This document shows positions 47,644-52,216 of a stretch of 52,216 nucleotides of DNA, piece after piece (the first letter of the stretch is position 1; every line of letters starts with the position of its first letter). The DNA is from Candidatus Thorarchaeota archaeon (GTDB lineage Archaea; Asgardarchaeota; Thorarchaeia; Thorarchaeales; Thorarchaeaceae): positions 1-52,216 of the forward strand of contig JBHLRP010000019.1 of the NCBI GenBank assembly GCA_048882485.1. The letters are read 5' to 3'. The position numbers and the translations under genes are program-made. The notes below the pieces were generated by a model, which made no database searches, was not told the DNA's origin, and worked only from the letters and a program-made list of their open reading frames with translations.

Positions 47644-49335
47644 CTACTCCTTGAAAGAAATGTGTCCACGTCTATGAAGCTCGCCAAAGACAGCCAAAAG
47701 AACACTCTCATCGAATCCCAGCTGAGTGCCAATTGCACTGATGGTATTCTTGCCATCCACAAGGTCAATGATATTGTCTACATGAGAATATAGTGAGCGA
47801 ACATCATCAGAAACCTCAGACTGCAGCCGAGGAATGTCCTCGGGGAAGATTCGCACCTTCCATTCTATAGCCTCCATTCTCCGCAAGAGATGGATTGCTC
47901 CCATGACCATATCTGGACCTCTCGTACTGCTTGAGAGCTCGGAAATGGTCTTATGGCCATCCAGATTATTCCATACTGCCTGGAGAAAATCTTTCACGAG
48001 TTCTGATTCAAAGCGCTCCCATTCAGGTGGGTCCAGCTTTTGAGGAGCAATTCGACCCGGCAAGTCTTCCGGGGGGAGTGTCGCCAGAAGCTTCAGTGTA
48101 AATGGGGGTGATTCAAAGAGCCTTCCGGTGCTCTCCTTATTTTCTGGCGCTTCATCCAGATAGAGCTCAGGCAGAAATGAAAATCGTTCACGCATGACTT
48201 CTACGTCCTCTTTGTCACCAGTTATCAAAGTGAACACGACATCGTCTCGCTCAATTAGTGCGTATTTGAGGCCACCTGCTGAGAAGACAGATGTGGACGT
48301 GGGACTTGCATCTAGCTGAAATTGCGATATTGCTGCTACCACATTTGGTGCTGTCGCCATATAGACTGCATTCTTGTCATAGAGGTATGTGAATCGTGCT
48401 TCACCTGTTGTCTTATCGATAACAAAGAAAGCTTGGTGTCCTAGAGGCTCATCCCTTAAGGGAGAAGTGTCGATTTCTGAATCAATGGAATCGTCGATCG
48501 ACCACTTCTTGCGAGCCAGCTCAGGATGCATGTCCGTATACCCAGATGTAGCTAAAACTGATAGAATAAGATCGGAAGGAGTAGGCGAAACTGAATCACA
48601 TAACTCCATGAAATAGGACGACTCTAGGTTTCTAGCACCCTCTAATTCGTTGTCAGAACCCGGAACTACTAGAAGCTTCGCAGATGAGTTGGCTCTGATT
48701 TTTTGGGTCATGAGACCTACGACTTCGCTATCAGAAAGGGGCGGAAACATAATGTAAACAAAGACATCAAAAATGTCCATTTGTTCATCCCACTCCGACC
48801 TAACAAAGTGCTCGATAGTCATCTGGGAAACAAGGACATCAAATGGACCAATTTTTGCAGGTTTGGAGAATACGGACTCTTCTGCATTAAGACGTTTTGC
48901 AATCCTCACTGCTGCAGTTCCCGAGTTATTCTCTTTTGAGGGATTTGAGGCACAAATGAAGCACACGTGAATCTTTGTTCGAAGCTTTCCATCAACCAGC
49001 GGACCAAACATATTCTTTGAATCTCTGACCGCCATACGAGATGTGATATCCCTCATCTCGGAACCAATGGACTCAACCACTTGCAGCTCTTCGTTGTCTG
49101 GCTCCAACGAATCAGTGGTGGCAACAACGAGTGTAGATTCGTTGACTCTTGAGAGATAGACTAGTGCTTCGTCAATGGATGCAGCCACGGGCTTTCCTGC
49201 AAGTTCAGACATTACTTCAGAATACTTGTCAACAATACGCAAGAGAAAATCTTGAGGAACTTGCTCTTTGACAAAGAAGCGTTTGGCGAGTACTTTCGGT
49301 CCGAGAAGGTCGAATAGCAACGCCCTAGTGATCAC
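47644..49335 (-). CDS. Divergent paralog of the 42102-44048 protein: longin-like, degenerate (pseudo) GTPase, longin-like, two wHTH
   Basis: Collinear matches to the GTPase protein but without G1/G3/G4. C-terminal LDGHKTISEL..AIHLLRRMEAIEW and VDGKNTISAI..VFGELHRRGHISF. GTG 49335 (after GGAGG) aligns with the paralog N-terminus; ORF track uses TTG 49386. Confidence 0.75.
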   Translation of the reverse strand: MITRALLFDLLGPKVLAKRFFVKEQVPQDFLLRIVDKYSEVMSELAGKPVAASIDEALVYLSRVNESTLVVATTDSLEPDNEELQVVESIGSEMRDITSRMAVRDSKNMFGPLVDGKLRTKIHVCFICASNPSKENNSGTAAVRIAKRLNAEESVFSKPAKIGPFDVLVSQMTIEHFVRSEWDEQMDIFDVFVYIMFPPLSDSEVVGLMTQKIRANSSAKLLVVPGSDNELEGARNLESSYFMELCDSVSPTPSDLILSVLATSGYTDMHPELARKKWSIDDSIDSEIDTSPLRDEPLGHQAFFVIDKTTGEARFTYLYDKNAVYMATAPNVVAAISQFQLDASPTSTSVFSAGGLKYALIERDDVVFTLITGDKEDVEVMRERFSFLPELYLDEAPENKESTGRLFESPPFTLKLLATLPPEDLPGRIAPQKLDPPEWERFESELVKDFLQAVWNNLDGHKTISELSSSTRGPDMVMGAIHLLRRMEAIEWKVRIFPEDIPRLQSEVSDDVRSLYSHVDNIIDLVDGKNTISAIGTQLGFDESVLLAVFGELHRRGHISFKE

Positions 49336-49407
49336 TCTTAGAAGTTCCTCCAATCCTGTCTGAAATTCACTCTCTGTGATACTCAAGAAGTTGGGATTAG
49401 TGATAAA

Positions 49408-50637
49408 TCAGTCTTCCCTAGCTCTCCCTTCCAGAAATTTGCTTCTTGTTATCCGCCCACGCATAAGACTCTGGTACATACTCACACGTCCATTTCTCTC
49501 ATAATTGGAAACATGCACTCCGCCTCCTGACGGAATTGGAGGGAGATCCATGATAGCTTCTCCAACAGTCACAGGTGATGCTAATTCATTATTATTCAGG
49601 GTCTCCGAACGTCTCTTTCCACATTCCAACGAATAGAAGTAAGCCAAAGGCGGCCTGAAGTAAGCTCCTTTTCTTGACCCAAGAATGAACACTCTACGTC
49701 TTCTTTGAGGGACACCATATTCTTCAGCCCTTAGCAGATGAGTTGATGTTGCATACTCGAGTCCGTTCAGAATCGAGAGCATATTCTTGAGAATTCCTCC
49801 ATTCTTCATCCACTGAATACCTGGTACATTTTCAATCAACACATAGTCAGGCATCATTCTCTCAACGACTTCCATGAATGGAAGGAATAGCTGATTGCGA
49901 GCATCAAGACTATTCCATTTCCCGGCAGTTGAGAATCCTTGGCACGGTGGTCCACCAGCTATTATTCGCAGGTTCTTTCCTCTTGACGCAACATCAATCT
50001 CCTCTGCGATCTCTCTGGGACTGTCTTCCTTGGATAAGTCAGAACAGATCACAGTGGTTTCAGGATGGTTATGCTTGTGGGTTTCACACATCTTAGGATT
50101 GAAGTCAGAAGCGAGAATGACCGAATGACCCGCTTGGGAAAGTCCCTCTGAGAGACCCCCAGCTCCTGAGAATAAATCAACAACGATTCCTGGTTTGACC
50201 TGTTCTCCTATTGCAAAAGCTAGCAAAGGAGGCACTGCATTTCCGATTTGCTTGTACATGGACGTTGTACTACCCAGAAATCTGTAAGTATCAGGAAATG
50301 ATTGGAGTCGTGCTGCTTCCCGAATCGAGATTAATCTGTCCTGCACTGGATGAATAAATGTTCCATTTCCCGGTCGATTGAAGTACGTATTGATTGTATA
50401 GCTCGGAAAGTTCTCACCTAGTCGACCGTAGTATGTTGTGCGTCCTCCCGATGCTCGTATCTGACGGAGCCGAGCTGATTTCTTTGCTATGTTTAGCGGG
50501 ATGTCCTTCCAATTGCCTCCCGGACGGACTGTCCGTATAACTTCCATGTCAAATTCGCTTAGCTTCGCACAGACATGATTGTAAAGCATCTCTTCTGAGG
50601 ACTGTTTGCTGATATACTCGGAAGTAGCAATTCCCAT
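49408..50637 (-). CDS. Circularly permuted DNA (cytosine-5) methyltransferase, Eco31I/Alw26I/Esp3I-like
   Basis: Motifs IX (RLISIREAARLQSFPD) and X (YKQIGNAVPP) precede motif I (DLFSGAGG), IV (GGPPCQGFS), VI (ENVPG) and VIII (YGVPQRRRRVF). Confidence 0.93.
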   Translation of the reverse strand: MGIATSEYISKQSSEEMLYNHVCAKLSEFDMEVIRTVRPGGNWKDIPLNIAKKSARLRQIRASGGRTTYYGRLGENFPSYTINTYFNRPGNGTFIHPVQDRLISIREAARLQSFPDTYRFLGSTTSMYKQIGNAVPPLLAFAIGEQVKPGIVVDLFSGAGGLSEGLSQAGHSVILASDFNPKMCETHKHNHPETTVICSDLSKEDSPREIAEEIDVASRGKNLRIIAGGPPCQGFSTAGKWNSLDARNQLFLPFMEVVERMMPDYVLIENVPGIQWMKNGGILKNMLSILNGLEYATSTHLLRAEEYGVPQRRRRVFILGSRKGAYFRPPLAYFYSLECGKRRSETLNNNELASPVTVGEAIMDLPPIPSGGGVHVSNYERNGRVSMYQSLMRGRITRSKFLEGRARED

Positions 50638-50698
50638 CCGGTCTCACCGATATGCAACTGCATAGCTAGATTGAATGCAGTTCAGTGGAGAAGTAATC

Positions 50699-52216
50699 TC
50701 AGCGATTCATGAGCCCTTGTAACACGGAGAGGACACTCGCTAATTCGTCTGTGGATGCGCCTCTGTTGGAAAGTACCCGTTTTGCACTGTTTGGCTTTAT
50801 TCCATATAATAGGAAAATGAGGGCCTCCAATTTATAGTCGTAGATTCCTCCATTGCGGGAGCATTCTCTCGCCTTATGCCCTATCTCTTTCACAAGTTCC
50901 GAAGGTGGAGAGAGGGGAAGAGGAAGCCCAGACAATTCACGATTCGAAACATGATTATTCGTACTAGTGATATCGAATCTCCAATTTAATAGCTCAGAGT
51001 TCATTACACCGAGGAGATAATCTAGCATCCCAGGGTCAGAACCATGTGAAAGTACGATATAGTTGCACGAATTGGCTAAAACAACGCCAGGATCAATAGG
51101 TGCGAACTTAAGTCGCCATCTTTGATTCCTATTAGATATCTGCTGGCAAGCGATTCTAGGCCTTTGGGAGTCTTCAATCCTAGTTGAGGAACCAATGCTT
51201 GTGTGGAAAGAAATTGTGTCTACATACTCTTCAGGCCTATGTCTGCCAGCTCTCAATGTGTACCTACCAATATGTGAACCTCTTAATAGACGAGCACCTT
51301 TGGTGGAAATGTATCTCTTGTGGAGAGTGAGGTCGAACTCCCCTCTCTTGTTGGAGAGCCATTCAAGTGAGTCGAGTGTTGGGTTTGTGTGAATTTTCGC
51401 TAAAACCTGCCATTCATCTCTATTAATTCGGGGAACTACCAACGATTTTCGCAAAGAATTAGGAAGCTTGCCAACCTCAATGGTGTAGCTCCTTTTACTA
51501 CGAGCATCATTCATTGATGAAAGCGCAAAGGCCGCCTTGAGCTTCTTCGTAGTTCCTCCTCTCTTCAATGAAATAATCGATACTGATTGAGTGACATTCG
51601 CGAAGAGATTGTTGCCTTCTGGAAATTCATTTACAACCTTGACCGAATTCTCCAATAGAAGCGAGCGACGTAGCTTTTCCGCAGAGAGATCACCTAACAC
51701 GGTCGAAGGTACTATGAAGCCAATTGCTCCCCCTCGCCTTACTAGACTTAGAGACCTCTCGATAAACAGTCTGTAGGTATCTAGAGTATGCTTGTTAGCC
51801 AACGAGTACTCTCCTGATGTTCTATAATATTGCAGGTCCTCTAGGAGTCGAGCCTTATAGTGCTCGAATTCTTCTGAATGAACTTTCCGACTCCCTGATA
51901 ATAATCGCTCCCGCATGAACTCAGCGAAGTTTGGTTTCAGTCGCTCATAGGGTGGATTCATCAGCAGTGCATCGAACCCACCTCCTTCATCGAAAATAGT
52001 CGGGAATTGGGACCGCCACTCAAATGAGTTGCGGGATTCTGGGTCCTTGAAATATCCCTCATGATTCTCCGTGCCATTCCAACCATTCAGAGAAATCAAG
52101 GAGTTGCCTTCTTTCAGAGTCAATCCAAAACAGGATGTCCAAGAATTACCAATCTGCTCTCTGCAGAGAATTGCCAATGATATGTCAGCAATCTCAAGTG
52201 CAGCTCTATCCAAATC
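50699..52216 (-). CDS. N6-adenine DNA methyltransferase (gamma class; Alw26I/Eco31I/Esp3I-family-like), 5' end outside the window
   Basis: GFDALLMNPPY, YRLFIERSL, GFIVPS, FANVTQ, RIACQQISN...LANSCNYI...YLLGVMNSELLNWRF..TSTNNHVSNREL. The frame is open to the window edge. Confidence 0.9.
   Translation of the reverse strand, partial: DLDRAALEIADISLAILCREQIGNSWTSCFGLTLKEGNSLISLNGWNGTENHEGYFKDPESRNSFEWRSQFPTIFDEGGGFDALLMNPPYERLKPNFAEFMRERLLSGSRKVHSEEFEHYKARLLEDLQYYRTSGEYSLANKHTLDTYRLFIERSLSLVRRGGAIGFIVPSTVLGDLSAEKLRRSLLLENSVKVVNEFPEGNNLFANVTQSVSIISLKRGGTTKKLKAAFALSSMNDARSKRSYTIEVGKLPNSLRKSLVVPRINRDEWQVLAKIHTNPTLDSLEWLSNKRGEFDLTLHKRYISTKGARLLRGSHIGRYTLRAGRHRPEEYVDTISFHTSIGSSTRIEDSQRPRIACQQISNRNQRWRLKFAPIDPGVVLANSCNYIVLSHGSDPGMLDYLLGVMNSELLNWRFDITSTNNHVSNRELSGLPLPLSPPSELVKEIGHKARECSRNGGIYDYKLEALIFLLYGIKPNSAKRVLSNRGASTDELASVLSVLQGLMNR

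Noticed and set aside
50637-50701. Single fused m6A/m5C methylase (as in M.Alw26I/M.Esp3I) broken by a frameshift or read-through
   Set aside because: The ORFs are out of frame with a 61-nt gap, and the C5 gene has its own GGTGA RBS and ATG.

Overview
Archaeal DNA, most likely an Asgard archaeon of the Thorarchaeia type. This is inferred from the GGAGGTGA-type RBSs, TATA-like promoters, longin-fused small GTPase, 'LDLxPL' LRR protein and giant Ig-stalk membrane proteins; no marker gene is present. About 60% of the window (948-32533) is a translationally coupled pair of paralogous giant single-pass surface glycoproteins (~6536 aa and ~3992 aa). They share one scaffold but have expanded reciprocally: 9 vs 1 extracellular DUF2341+LamG-like modules, and 1 vs 4 cytoplasmic helical repeats. 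The rest holds housekeeping genes (kbl-like aminotransferase, CaCA antiporter, ppa, HAD, nadA, beta-CASP nuclease), an AT-rich acyltransferase, a secreted enzyme and an Alw26I/Eco31I/Esp3I-like methylase pair with a circularly permuted C5-MTase. Three candidates for undescribed systems stand out. (1) A pair of collinear longin-GTPase-longin-wHTH-wHTH proteins, one with an intact GTPase and one a pseudo-GTPase, whose C-terminal halves resemble the NPRL2/3 (GATOR1) architecture. (2) A degenerate NAD-kinase-wHTH fusion with a probable ATA start, divergent from nadA, with a perfect 7-5-7 palindrome over the nadA promoter, suggesting an NAD-sensing regulator. (3) The giant receptor-like adhesin pair. 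No rRNA, tRNA, CRISPR array or transposase was recognised. All domain calls come from motifs read by eye, not from searches.
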